From Naegleria gruberi (taxonomy: Eukaryota), in assembly GCA_000004985.1 (NCBI GenBank), contig GG738896.1: a stretch of DNA of 64,000 nucleotides; one strand, 5' to 3'. Within the stretch, counting starts at the first letter, position 1; every line of letters starts with the position of its first letter. A program made the translations under genes and the position numbers. Below the pieces are notes generated by a model. That model did not search any database, was not told the DNA's origin, and saw only the letters and a list, made by a program, of their open reading frames with translations. Below are positions 43,934-54,103 of the stretch, one piece after another.

Positions 43934-46900
43934 ATGCAACAACCACATTCCAGAACGTTTCTCTATTTGCTTTTCATATTAATATTGCAAGTGTGTTTGC
44001 AAGTTCAACAACATTCCACCACACTAGCTGTCAACACATGTTGGGGATATTCAGCTACTGACATTTCGAATGTATGTGGAGGTCATGGTTTCTGTCAAAG
44101 TACTGATTCTTGCTATTGTGTAGATTCAACGAGTAGTAATACTTTATATTCATCAGGAGGATCCAACACTCTCTATCAGGAAACTTCTCTATGGTCCACC
44201 AACTCTCAATTCGAATTGAAACAACAAAATGATGGTAATTTGGTAGTTTATACGAGAAGTGGAGGAGTGGTTTTCTCTTTCTCAACTTGGCAACAAACAC
44301 CTGATACTCCCTATACTTTAGTTCTTTCTGGGGATGGTACATTACAAGTTAAAAGTGGTGGAGGTGCCATTATAAAGACAATTTCAGGAGCATGTGGTGG
44401 TACAGCCCCTTACAAATTACTAGTCCAAAATGATGGTAATATAGTGCTCTATGGAGCACAGAGAGAAGTTTGTTTTGCTTCTGGAACATCTCAAGGTGGT
44501 TATTCACTTACGTATAATTGGGGTGGAGACCAGTGCAATCAATATCTTTGTTACGGGTTGACTGGTGCTAATGCATGTAATGGTCACGGCTCTTGTAATT
44601 CGAGGGATAGTTGCTCATGTAATAATGGATACAGTGGAAGTCAATGTACTGAGTACTACTGCAATAGTGTACTGTATTCTCAGATTGGTACAGTTTGTAA
44701 TGGTCATGGAACGTGTACGGCTCCAAATACTTGTCAATGTACTGGTGGATATAATGGTACTTTTTGTGCTTCATATCAATGTTATGGATTTGAATCGAAT
44801 GACCCAGGAGCATGTAGTGGATTTGGAACTTGTTCTTCACCAAATACTTGTACTAATTGTCTTGCTGGAAGATATGGATCTGAGTGCCAATATTATGATT
44901 GCGGTGGAATTAGATTTGATCAACCAAACGTATGCTCTGGAAGAGGAGAATGTGGTTCTAAAAACAATTGTACTTGTTCAGAGCCATACTTTGGAGATAA
45001 TTGTGAAAATTTTATGTGTAATGGAATCATTAACAATTCTACGCTCGTTTGTTCAGGCCATGGAGCATGTTCTTCACCAGAGAATTGTACTTGCCAAGAG
45101 GGTTACTTTGGAGAGAATTGTGAATTGTTTGAATGCAGTGGAATTTTGAAAAATGAATCAAATGTGTGCACTGGATTTGGTAATTGCACAGCATTTGATA
45201 GTTGTCAATGTGATGAGCAACATTATGGTAAATTCTGTGAAATTAATATTTGCAATGGAGTACTCTCAAACAGTCCAAGTGTTTGCTCTTCACATGGTCA
45301 ATGTAACTCATTCAATAATTGTACTTGTGATGAAAATTATAGTGGACAAAATTGTGAAATTTATGATTGTTATGGAGCTTCTAAAAATTCCTCCTCCGTA
45401 TGCTCTGGAAGAGGAACATGTTCAGCATATAACAATTGTAGTTGCTCTGCACCTTTTTATGGATCTGATTGTGGATTATATAATTGTTTTGGAGTAGAGC
45501 ACTTGAACGACAGTTCATGTTCATCCCATGGTTCATGTGATTCACCAAACAATTGTACATGTAAACCTGGATATTATGGAAACCGTTGTGAGTTTCATAA
45601 TTGTTATGGCACTCTCTTCAACAGCTCAGGTGTTTGTTCCACTCATGGACAATGCTTATCACCAAATAATTGTTTCTGTGAAGCAGGATTCTATGGACCA
45701 GAATGTGCAGAATATGATTGTTTTGGAGTTCATAAGAATTCTTCAAATGTTTGTTTCCAACATGGAGCTTGTTTGAGTCCAAATAATTGTTCTTGCCAGG
45801 AAGGATACTTTTCGTTTGATTGTTCTAATCATAGATGTTATGGATATTTATTTAATGATACTACAAATGTTTGTAATGGCCATGGCTCATGTCCTTATCC
45901 AAATAATTGTACATGTCAATCAGGATATTATGGATATCAGTGTGAATCTCATGAATGCTTTGGAAAGTTATTCAATATCTCGACTGTTTGTTCCACCCAT
46001 GGACAATGTTTGTCACCAAATAATTGTTTCTGTGAAGCAGGATATTATGGACCAGAATGTGCAGAATATGATTGTTTTGGAGTTCATAAGAATTCTTCAA
46101 ATGTATGCTTCCAGCACGGTACATGTTTGAGTCCTAACAATTGCTCATGCCAAGAAGGATACTACGGATTCGATTGTTCTAATCACAACTGTTTTGGAAT
46201 TCTGTTTAATGATACCATGAATGTTTGTAATGGTCATGGTTCTTGTTTTGTTCCAGATAATTGTACATGTCATCCAGGATATTATGGAAAAACCTGTGAA
46301 ATGCACAATTGTTTCAATATTTTGTTCAATGACTCAAATGTTTGCTCAGGAAAAGGTCAATGCTTATCACCAAATAACTGTTCCTGTGTTGATGGTTTTA
46401 CCAATAAGGATTGCTCAGTGAATATCAGTCCTTTCCAAATCAACCTCACAAAATACGAAGAAGTTGTTTATTTGGAGTTTGATAACAAGACTATTAGTGT
46501 TGAAATTCAATTGACAGATCGAGTATTGAGCCAAAGTCCAAATATTTCCTACACTTGGTCTTGTGCTCAGTGCGATGGACAAAATGTGGTGTATTATGTT
46601 GATTCTAATCGTTTGTTCATCAACTCTACATTAACTGATGTTACTCAAGCAGGCAATTACACTTTCATTGCAAACGCATCCATTGCTAATATTCAACCAT
46701 TCCAAAGTAGAAAATCCAACATTGAGCAATTCAAATTGGTTGTAAAGTATGATTTGAATCAGCCAACTTTGGGCTCCTTTGGCTTACCTTCTGTACTTGT
46801 ATCTAATACTCAAGATCAAACTATTTCAACTGTTATTAATAGTATCACTCTTAATCAAACAACTGTAAGATACTTTTTGGGTTGTGGTAGAAATTGCTCA

Positions 46901-49900
46901 ACTTTGGTTTCGTATTTATACGAAGTGAAGGCTGGAGTGTTTTATTACAAAAAATCAGGTTCTGTAATGGCACAATTTGAGAGCTCTAATCTATTGACCT
47001 TTTCTCCATCTGTTCCTATTCAAGCAACCATTCCATCTGATTATTTGAATGAAACAGTCTCATTCACATTTACAGTTATCAATAACAAGCAACAGAATAT
47101 CAGTTCAACTGTACAAATTCAAATTGTCTCCTCTGCAAGCCCACCAACACGACTGACAAACATAGTGGATGTTGTACCAACATATGGTATTTCAATGAGT
47201 GAAAAGTTTACAATTAAGGTTTCGGAGTGGGTTGCATCACCTGAACTGTTACCACTAAAATACGCTTTTGGATATTTTGATAAATCCAAGGCAGAAGCTG
47301 TGAGATTGACCGAATATGGTCTTAATACTACGTTTTCATCTTATCTACCTTATATTAGATCATCATCTAGCTCTAAGGCAAGAAGCATCTTGGAAGCTAC
47401 AGAGACAATTGCTTTGGTTGTCTTTGTACAAGACTCTCTTGGAAATGTCGAAACTGAAACGGCAGCTAATGTAACAGTATCTCCATTTAATGGAACTCAA
47501 GAGCAATATATTGAGGTTGTTAAATCTTTGAGCGGAGAATCACTATTGGTTGCCTCAGTGGATCAAACATTCACAAGCTTAGCATCATCATCATTGGTTT
47601 CAGCCCTCATTTCTAATATTGAAATTGATCCAAAGAATCCTTCTTCTTCTCTTTCCAGCTTGGAAACGCTCACGTCCAACAATGAAACACTCACAGCCAA
47701 TACAGTTACTCAGGTCATCAACAAATTGGATTCATTTATCTCCAATCTAACAGAGCTCTATTTAAGTGAACTTGCTCTATATGGCTATGTGAAATCCGGG
47801 ATGTCCAGTACAGACATTAGCAAAACAGTTCAAATTATTTCGAACTGTTTCTCTACTTCATATGATGCCGAAAAAACCAAATCAACAGCAAGTCTCGTCA
47901 CAGGTCTGATTTATTATGGAACTATTCCTTCTGTTGTAGACACAACATCCACAGAATTACCAACAACCTCTTACAAATCAACTTCTATTAACATTACTGT
48001 TTCTAGTTTCAACATGCCAACACCGAGTACGAATCTACAATCAGTCTCAGATACTGAAAGCAAGGTAGCAATGAATTTGACATCTATTTTGTCCAAATAT
48101 GGTGCCTATTCGACAACATGTGGTGCAACAATGATAATTTATTCAAAGAACACTAATTATGATTCCTCTGTTAGTAACATGACTATCAGTTCCTCTGTTA
48201 CTGACTTTAAATTCATGAGAAAACTGGATATTTTAGTATTGAAAAATTTGGATTCACCGCTCATACTTTCCTTCAATGCAGCCACAATCCCAAGCTCAGT
48301 GATCGCCAACTCCACAGTTACCAACAGTACGTATCATTGTAAGTATTGGGATGAGAGTCTTAAATTGTGGAGCAGCAATGGATGTTTATTGAATAGAGTT
48401 TCATCAAATTCAATTGAATGCGCTTGCTCTCATACAACTATGTTTACAACTTTCCTTGAATCCAAGACCACAGCACTTACTGTTCAACTCAAGGATCAGG
48501 TTTCGTCTTTATACTATGCCCAAATATCATTCGGTATTATTTACTTGATTGCCGCCAGTGCTATTTTGGTTGGATTGATTGTTTTGAGAAAATCGCAACC
48601 TGTTAGCTCTAGATTACTGACTCCATATGTTGGTTTGATTGCCTTAATTGTGGAATGTACATTGATTTACATAGTACAAAGATCTGTTCTCGTTGATCAA
48701 TTGAACTCTGCCAATACTCAAATGTGGGAAAATGGAGATACTGCTGCCAACATTATTGCAAACATTGTAATGATTATTGTAAACACTCTCAATTTAACTG
48801 CCATTTTCTGTTACGTCATGCAAGTTTTCAGATTCCAATTCATGAAATTGCTTTACAAGAAACTTTCTGATAATAGAACTCAAGCTCAAAGTGCAACAGT
48901 TTTGAAAGTATTGAAGTATACCACTTCTCAAATATTATTTTATTCATTGATTGGAATTTTTACTGCCCTAAATATTGCCTATTGGGTTATTTGGGTCATT
49001 CTGAGAAGAACTGGAGTTCTCACATCAACACAGTACACCTATGTTGTATCCCTTTCTTATACGGTTTGCATTTTGGCATTTGGTTTGATAATTACTGCTG
49101 TTGCAATCCTTGACATGATTCTCTCCTCAAAGAAGGAAGTTGAGCAAAAGAAAAATAGAAGAAAAGCTATTAACTTTTCACAACCAACCAGCAACTTTAG
49201 TCTTGATAATGCTGAAAATGTACATGAAAAGAAGAAAATTAATAGGAATGTATTCTTGAATGCTTTCAATTGGTTTACATCAATGGATGGACCACTCTAT
49301 TTCAGAATGGAAATGTTCATTTATATCGTGTCTTTCATTTTGCTAATATTGAATCAAGTTATTGGATTGAGTAGCTTAGCATACAGATTTGAGAGTTTGA
49401 CAATGTTTAAACTTGCTTTGACTTTTGATTCCATTTCCTTCATCTTTGAGGTACTCTATGTGGTCTCATATATTTTAGTATTTGGTGGTTATGCACTCAT
49501 TGTCGCAATCATTTACAAGGTTAGACAACGTAGAACAAGAAAGGAAGAACAAAAGAAACAAAATGAGGAAATTATGAATCAAGAACTTTACAATACTTTG
49601 GAATCTGAAGAAGGTTATGAACTCTTTGCCAACTTTTGCGAAAAAGAATTCAGTTCAGAAAATCTATTCCTCTTCTCTGATATCAAAGCAAGTCCAGATG
49701 TGGCCTCTGGTGAAAATCTAGGAGGATTACTCTTCTTTGCTGAGAGAATTTATGAAAAGTACATCAAGACAGGTGCAGAAATGGAAGTTAACATTCCATC
49801 AAAGAGTAGAACTGCTTTTGTCCAACTCTATGAAAAATGTAAGAAAGTTGAAACAAACTCTTCATTGGAATTATTAGATTCTAATTCTCTAGCTAAATCT

Positions 49901-50077
49901 GGAATTGAAACCAATATTGTAAAGGATTGTTTCGATTTAATGATGAGACAAGTAGTAATGAATTTAGGAGATACCTTTTCTAGATTTGTTTTCACACCAG
50001 AATATGTTAATTTCAAGGCGGTTAGAGACGTTCAAATGCAAATTATCGAGAAGGCCAATGTTGTCTATGATATTTAA
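43934..50077 (+). CDS. Giant adhesion-GPCR-like receptor: signal peptide - bulb-type (B) lectin - about 20 EGF-like modules - S/T-rich stalk - GAIN/GPS motif - 7TM - C-terminal RGS domain
   Basis: Signal peptide FLYLLFILILQVCLQV. B-lectin QNDGNLVVYT and VQNDGNIVLYG. EGF units have a CxxxxxCxC..GYxGxxC periodicity of about 40 aa. GPS: CKYWDESLKLWSSNGCLLNRVSSNSIECACSHTTMFTTF. Seven hydrophobic helices. RGS: FANFCEKEFSSENLFLFSDIKA .. AEMEVNIPSKSRTAF .. DCFDLMMRQVVMNLGDTFSRFVFTPEY. Single 6.1-kb exon with an A-rich context at the ATG. Confidence 0.8.
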   Translation: MQQPHSRTFLYLLFILILQVCLQVQQHSTTLAVNTCWGYSATDISNVCGGHGFCQSTDSCYCVDSTSSNTLYSSGGSNTLYQETSLWSTNSQFELKQQNDGNLVVYTRSGGVVFSFSTWQQTPDTPYTLVLSGDGTLQVKSGGGAIIKTISGACGGTAPYKLLVQNDGNIVLYGAQREVCFASGTSQGGYSLTYNWGGDQCNQYLCYGLTGANACNGHGSCNSRDSCSCNNGYSGSQCTEYYCNSVLYSQIGTVCNGHGTCTAPNTCQCTGGYNGTFCASYQCYGFESNDPGACSGFGTCSSPNTCTNCLAGRYGSECQYYDCGGIRFDQPNVCSGRGECGSKNNCTCSEPYFGDNCENFMCNGIINNSTLVCSGHGACSSPENCTCQEGYFGENCELFECSGILKNESNVCTGFGNCTAFDSCQCDEQHYGKFCEINICNGVLSNSPSVCSSHGQCNSFNNCTCDENYSGQNCEIYDCYGASKNSSSVCSGRGTCSAYNNCSCSAPFYGSDCGLYNCFGVEHLNDSSCSSHGSCDSPNNCTCKPGYYGNRCEFHNCYGTLFNSSGVCSTHGQCLSPNNCFCEAGFYGPECAEYDCFGVHKNSSNVCFQHGACLSPNNCSCQEGYFSFDCSNHRCYGYLFNDTTNVCNGHGSCPYPNNCTCQSGYYGYQCESHECFGKLFNISTVCSTHGQCLSPNNCFCEAGYYGPECAEYDCFGVHKNSSNVCFQHGTCLSPNNCSCQEGYYGFDCSNHNCFGILFNDTMNVCNGHGSCFVPDNCTCHPGYYGKTCEMHNCFNILFNDSNVCSGKGQCLSPNNCSCVDGFTNKDCSVNISPFQINLTKYEEVVYLEFDNKTISVEIQLTDRVLSQSPNISYTWSCAQCDGQNVVYYVDSNRLFINSTLTDVTQAGNYTFIANASIANIQPFQSRKSNIEQFKLVVKYDLNQPTLGSFGLPSVLVSNTQDQTISTVINSITLNQTTVRYFLGCGRNCSTLVSYLYEVKAGVFYYKKSGSVMAQFESSNLLTFSPSVPIQATIPSDYLNETVSFTFTVINNKQQNISSTVQIQIVSSASPPTRLTNIVDVVPTYGISMSEKFTIKVSEWVASPELLPLKYAFGYFDKSKAEAVRLTEYGLNTTFSSYLPYIRSSSSSKARSILEATETIALVVFVQDSLGNVETETAANVTVSPFNGTQEQYIEVVKSLSGESLLVASVDQTFTSLASSSLVSALISNIEIDPKNPSSSLSSLETLTSNNETLTANTVTQVINKLDSFISNLTELYLSELALYGYVKSGMSSTDISKTVQIISNCFSTSYDAEKTKSTASLVTGLIYYGTIPSVVDTTSTELPTTSYKSTSINITVSSFNMPTPSTNLQSVSDTESKVAMNLTSILSKYGAYSTTCGATMIIYSKNTNYDSSVSNMTISSSVTDFKFMRKLDILVLKNLDSPLILSFNAATIPSSVIANSTVTNSTYHCKYWDESLKLWSSNGCLLNRVSSNSIECACSHTTMFTTFLESKTTALTVQLKDQVSSLYYAQISFGIIYLIAASAILVGLIVLRKSQPVSSRLLTPYVGLIALIVECTLIYIVQRSVLVDQLNSANTQMWENGDTAANIIANIVMIIVNTLNLTAIFCYVMQVFRFQFMKLLYKKLSDNRTQAQSATVLKVLKYTTSQILFYSLIGIFTALNIAYWVIWVILRRTGVLTSTQYTYVVSLSYTVCILAFGLIITAVAILDMILSSKKEVEQKKNRRKAINFSQPTSNFSLDNAENVHEKKKINRNVFLNAFNWFTSMDGPLYFRMEMFIYIVSFILLILNQVIGLSSLAYRFESLTMFKLALTFDSISFIFEVLYVVSYILVFGGYALIVAIIYKVRQRRTRKEEQKKQNEEIMNQELYNTLESEEGYELFANFCEKEFSSENLFLFSDIKASPDVASGENLGGLLFFAERIYEKYIKTGAEMEVNIPSKSRTAFVQLYEKCKKVETNSSLELLDSNSLAKSGIETNIVKDCFDLMMRQVVMNLGDTFSRFVFTPEYVNFKAVRDVQMQIIEKANVVYDI
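45600..46400 (+). repeat. Intragenic higher-order tandem duplication (about 360 nt, or 3 EGF modules) with high nucleotide identity
   Basis: ..caccaaataattgtttctgtgaagcagga(t/a)t(c/t)tatggaccagaatgtgcagaatatgattgttttggagttcataagaattcttcaaatgt.. occurs at about 45660 and again at about 46020. At the protein level, HGQCLSPNNCFCEAGFYGPECAEYDCFGVHKNSSNVCFQHG..CLSPNNCSCQEGY.. is repeated. Confidence 0.7.
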
Positions 50078-50099
50078 TAAATGTAGAGTTTGAAATATT

Positions 50100-50858
50100 T
50101 TATTGATCTTTAATGCCGATGGTAACTGGTTGTAAAGTGACTGGTTGAGTAACCATACCTGGTGGATTGATAGTGCCGTAACCTTGTGGCATTGGTTGAC
50201 TAGAGGCTGATGATGGTGTAGGAATGAATTGTTGCTGTTGTGGTGGAACTAGCATTGGTTGTTGTTGATACGGTTGACCATATGGTTGTTGAATCATCAT
50301 TGGTTGTTGGGGTGGCATTGTCAAATTAGCTGTTCCAGTATAAACCAATCTCAATACGATACCAGTAGAAACATGAATCAATTTCCATTCGAAACCATTG
50401 CTAGTCAATTGAGAATTATTCAATCCTTGGAACATCTTATTCACTTCTTGTTTAACTTCAAGTTGTTTTTGCTGTTGTTGATAAATCATGTAAAACATTA
50501 CAAAAATATAAACAAATATCCACAATCCACATGTCAATACTATCAAAATAATATTGATCATCATTATCATGAAATATTTGCTTTTAATCTCACCAACAGT
50601 CCTATCAAGATAAGTATTCAAACTATTCATCGTGTCAGTAAACAATTGTCCATCAAGTGAATACGATTGTACCAAATTAGGAGCCAACTGATTATTGAAA
50701 GTTTTCATAGTGTGAGCGTAGGAATCTTCATAGACAACTTGTTGTCCTGGTTGAATGGCCAAAAGTTGTTGATCCATTGCCATGGCCATAGCAGCACGAG
50801 CTGCATAATTTCCACCATGATGATGATGGTGATGGCGATGGTGATGCATTCTTGTCAT
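50100..50858 (-). CDS. Single-pass membrane protein with an N-terminal poly-His tract and a Q/P-rich C-terminus, hypothetical
   Basis: MTRMHHHRHHHHHHGG.. TM helix FMIMMINIILIVLTCGLWIFVYIFVMFYMIY. C-terminal PQQPMMIQQPYGQPYQQQP. Confidence 0.45.
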   Translation of the reverse strand: MTRMHHHRHHHHHHGGNYAARAAMAMAMDQQLLAIQPGQQVVYEDSYAHTMKTFNNQLAPNLVQSYSLDGQLFTDTMNSLNTYLDRTVGEIKSKYFMIMMINIILIVLTCGLWIFVYIFVMFYMIYQQQQKQLEVKQEVNKMFQGLNNSQLTSNGFEWKLIHVSTGIVLRLVYTGTANLTMPPQQPMMIQQPYGQPYQQQPMLVPPQQQQFIPTPSSASSQPMPQGYGTINPPGMVTQPVTLQPVTIGIKDQ

Positions 50859-51025
50859 TTTTTTTAACTGTCACTCTGAACAGGTTCATAGATGGTTCTA
50901 TTTAGAAGATAGATCACTTTTTTACAATAACTATTTTGTAAATGGTTTAAGAACAGTATTATAATTTTATTTCCATTTCCAAATTTAAGGTTCTCTAAAT
51001 TTAAATTGAATATTTATTAAAAAAA

Positions 51026-52039
51026 ATGTCGCAACAAGCAACAATTGATTCATCATCATCGCCAGCAAACATGTATTTTCCGGTGCAAACAAAAATTTCA
51101 TGCCTCTTTGAAATTGAATTTTTAGAGAAGGAGAAGAAAGTTCTTGCTGTCAATAGATTATATAAGAAGGTTGTTAATTTACCAACCAATTCTGATGATA
51201 TCCGAGTGAATCCGACCATAAAAATTGATGGCACTTGTTGTCTTGTTCGTCAAGAGAAATTATTTAAACGTTATGATAGAAAATTGAATGCTTCGGGATC
51301 GAAGAAGAATAAGCAATTTCAAAAAGAAATTTCTCAAGGTACTGCCGATACTAATATTTTACAATTTGATATTTCAAAGGATTTTAAGGAGGGACCAAAA
51401 GGATGGATACCTTGTGATAGTATTGCTCATTTATTTACTGAGGAGAATAATTCAAATGTGGTTTCGTCTCAACATTTAGTGGGATGGATTCCTGTGGATT
51501 CTAATGATGCTGCAGATAAATGGCATTCTTCTGCGATAGTTTCGATTAATAATGAGCCACATGCCATAATGTTAATTCCCTATTTTGACCAAAATGATGA
51601 ACAAGCCAAGTTTTCAGTTGAATTTAGAAAGTTATCAAGTTTAGAAAATCAAACATTGGAATTAATTGGATCAAAAATTAATGGTAACGTTTATAACTTT
51701 CCTGCAAATGAAAAACAACACTTTTTAGTTCCACATGGATGGGCTTCCTATTCTTGGAAAGCAAGTAATGCATTTTTGGAGAATGTTAAAGAGCTCACCG
51801 TGGAAAAGCTTAAATCTTGGTTCGAAGATGAATCCAATATCATGAGTAAAAGTGAAGGTATTGTATTTCACATAATGTACAAAACAGAGGAAGGTAAGGA
51901 TAAGGAAATGCTGATCAAAATACACAGACACCACCTTAATTTGGATTGGCCTTTGAAGGGCTCTGCCATTCCACAATTTCAATATCAGTTGCAATGGATA
52001 GAAGAAGTTTTGAGACTCAAGAGTGAAAATAAACTCTAA
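51026..52039 (+). CDS. C12orf29-like (Rnl-family) 5'-3' RNA ligase homolog
   Basis: NPTIKIDGTCCLVRQEKLFKRYDRK matches the KxDG nucleotidyltransferase motif and flanks of human C12orf29 (..IPTEKVDGTCCYV..RLDRK) as recalled. Similar length, 337 aa against about 325. The N-terminal ..ISCLFEIEFLEK..KVLAV.. is also similar. Confidence 0.6.
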   Translation: MSQQATIDSSSSPANMYFPVQTKISCLFEIEFLEKEKKVLAVNRLYKKVVNLPTNSDDIRVNPTIKIDGTCCLVRQEKLFKRYDRKLNASGSKKNKQFQKEISQGTADTNILQFDISKDFKEGPKGWIPCDSIAHLFTEENNSNVVSSQHLVGWIPVDSNDAADKWHSSAIVSINNEPHAIMLIPYFDQNDEQAKFSVEFRKLSSLENQTLELIGSKINGNVYNFPANEKQHFLVPHGWASYSWKASNAFLENVKELTVEKLKSWFEDESNIMSKSEGIVFHIMYKTEEGKDKEMLIKIHRHHLNLDWPLKGSAIPQFQYQLQWIEEVLRLKSENKL

Positions 52040-52185
52040 TATTATTTCTTCTTGCTGAATTTTTCTTGTAATGTGTCATTCATCTCAATGGCTTCTCTGG
52101 TTTTTTCAGGTTTTAATTTATAGACACTATGATAAATAAGTCTATCAAATATTAGAATTTTTCTTCAATTAATATTGTGAAATAC

Positions 52186-53826
52186 TTACTCGGGATAATC
52201 TTTAACAAGATTTTTCCATGTAGGACCGAATCTTTTTTGGGCCAATTTCTTGTTCCATTCCTTCTCCAGTCTCTTTCCTTCTGATCTTGGTGTGTTTAAA
52301 AGCACAAGTTCGCAAACATCTTCATTACACATCTCGTCTATTGACATACCATTCAAAGACTTGAAAATGGCTGTTAACAGTCTCTGATCATCACAATAAG
52401 GTCCAAATTTCATAATAAGATTAACAAGAGCATTGGTTGACACTCCCCTCATTTTTTCTCCTTTAACAATTCCTGCATTGGATGAAGAAGGATCTGAAGG
52501 AGGGTGATTAGTTTCGACTGGAACAGTACTGGCACTAGGGCCATTGGATGCCTCAGGAACACTCTGTTGATGACTTGTACTATTAAGATCAATTGGTGGT
52601 ACAGAACTAATTGGAAACTCGATAATAGGTTGTTCTTGAATTTGATGTTGTAGAGATTGAATTGGTGGAGGAAGAATTTGATCATTGGTTGGATGTGGAA
52701 TCATATTGTGTAAATGTTGAGGGTGTTGAGGGTGTTGAGGCATTGATGGAGGCATTTGGATAGTGTGTTGGATCATTTGGGAATGTTGGATTGCAAAATC
52801 ATTGAAAGATGGTCCAACAGTGGAAGCTGAAGCTCCAAATTGTTGGAATGGATAACTGAGTGCTCTGAAGTGATCTGGTGGAGGTAGTGAATGAGGATGA
52901 GCACCTATTGGAATTGGTTGATTTTGCATGTGCAAAGCATGTTGTAGTGATGCACTTGGTGGAGTTAATTTTGTTTTGGATGGATGGCTGTGACGTTTCT
53001 TCTTTTTCATTCTTTCAACAAACTTTACAATCTTCTTTGAATCACTTATGAAAGGTTGTGTCTTGTTTGATTTTTTAACCTTTTTTGGTGGTGGTGTTTG
53101 AGAAGATACCTCGGTTCTCAATGTAAGAACTGAATCCATTTCCAAATCAGAAACTTCTTCATCATCATCAGAAGATGAATAATAAAGTGAAGGAGTTGGT
53201 GCACTTCCTGTTAATTTTCTCTTTCGTTGTGTTTTGACTGGTGTGAGTGTGATTTGGCTAACTTCATCAGAGTCGCTGTCACTGTTCTGCTCACTTGCTC
53301 TTCCATTATTTGGTGATGGATTAGTAAAGCAAGGAGGTGGTTGACTACCAAGAAAAACCACATCATCATCCGAGTCATCAAAAACATCAGAATTATTTCC
53401 TTCTTCTTGTTGAACGGGTGTCAAGGCTTCCTCCTCTTGTACTACTGTTGTTCTTTTTGGTGTTTGGAATGATGGTGATTTACCAAAGGTAATAATGGGA
53501 CTAATTTCTTCTTCCTGTTGACTGTCGGGTACTATTGAATTATTAATTGTTTGTTGCTGTGTTATTAATTGATTATTATTATTTGTTGGTTGGCTTTTAC
53601 CATTTGCTAATTGATTATTATTATTATTGTTGGAAGGTTTGTTATTATTTCCTACTGATGGCGATTTTGAATTATTTTGTTGTTGATGGTTAGTTGTTGA
53701 TAAAGATGAGGATGAGCCATTATTATTATTAGTAGAAGCACCACGAGGTTTTGGTGGAGAGTTGGAGACGAGATTCGGAACAGTAAACAAATCACCAAGA
53801 CTCGATAGGGAATGTGAGACTGACAT
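52186..53826 (-). CDS. N/Q/S/H/P-rich low-complexity protein with a conserved-looking C-terminal globular region, hypothetical
   Basis: The first ATG (MSVSHS..) is at about 53826; the track starts at a TTG. Poly-N and poly-Q tracts, HPQHPQH repeats. C-terminal LVNLIMKFGPYCDDQRLLTAIFKSLNGMSIDEMCNEDVCELVLLNTP. Confidence 0.45.
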   Translation of the reverse strand: MSVSHSLSSLGDLFTVPNLVSNSPPKPRGASTNNNNGSSSSLSTTNHQQQNNSKSPSVGNNNKPSNNNNNNQLANGKSQPTNNNNQLITQQQTINNSIVPDSQQEEEISPIITFGKSPSFQTPKRTTVVQEEEALTPVQQEEGNNSDVFDDSDDDVVFLGSQPPPCFTNPSPNNGRASEQNSDSDSDEVSQITLTPVKTQRKRKLTGSAPTPSLYYSSSDDDEEVSDLEMDSVLTLRTEVSSQTPPPKKVKKSNKTQPFISDSKKIVKFVERMKKKKRHSHPSKTKLTPPSASLQHALHMQNQPIPIGAHPHSLPPPDHFRALSYPFQQFGASASTVGPSFNDFAIQHSQMIQHTIQMPPSMPQHPQHPQHLHNMIPHPTNDQILPPPIQSLQHQIQEQPIIEFPISSVPPIDLNSTSHQQSVPEASNGPSASTVPVETNHPPSDPSSSNAGIVKGEKMRGVSTNALVNLIMKFGPYCDDQRLLTAIFKSLNGMSIDEMCNEDVCELVLLNTPRSEGKRLEKEWNKKLAQKRFGPTWKNLVKDYPE

Positions 53827-54103
53827 TCTTGTGCTGTAAAGCAAATGAATTTTTTTTGCTTGAGATTTGCTGAATTTTCAGAAAGCATATTGTTTAGCAG
53901 TTTGGTAATTATTTAATAACTCAAAGTTTTTTCCTACGACAAAGTTTTGTGACTGGAATCCAAGAATACTGTATTAGAAAGTTGACTGTGGATTCAATCC
54001 CATCTGATGTGTTCCAATATTGATTGACCTGATGGTGACTTAATTTTTGAGCTTTTAATTCATGTCTCTTGCAAAAATTTTAATATTTTTAAATTAAAAA
54101 AAA

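Noticed and set aside
44565-46421. Cluster of 60-190-aa ORFs on both strands (44565..45149, 45153..45497, 45528..45776, 45816..46130, 46221..46421, 44568..44843-)
   Set aside because: All lie in alternate frames or antisense within the EGF-repeat array of the 43934..50077 gene. The repetitive Cys-codon-rich sequence suppresses stops in the other frames. The translations are low-complexity (MVMV/IVLV) with no domains.
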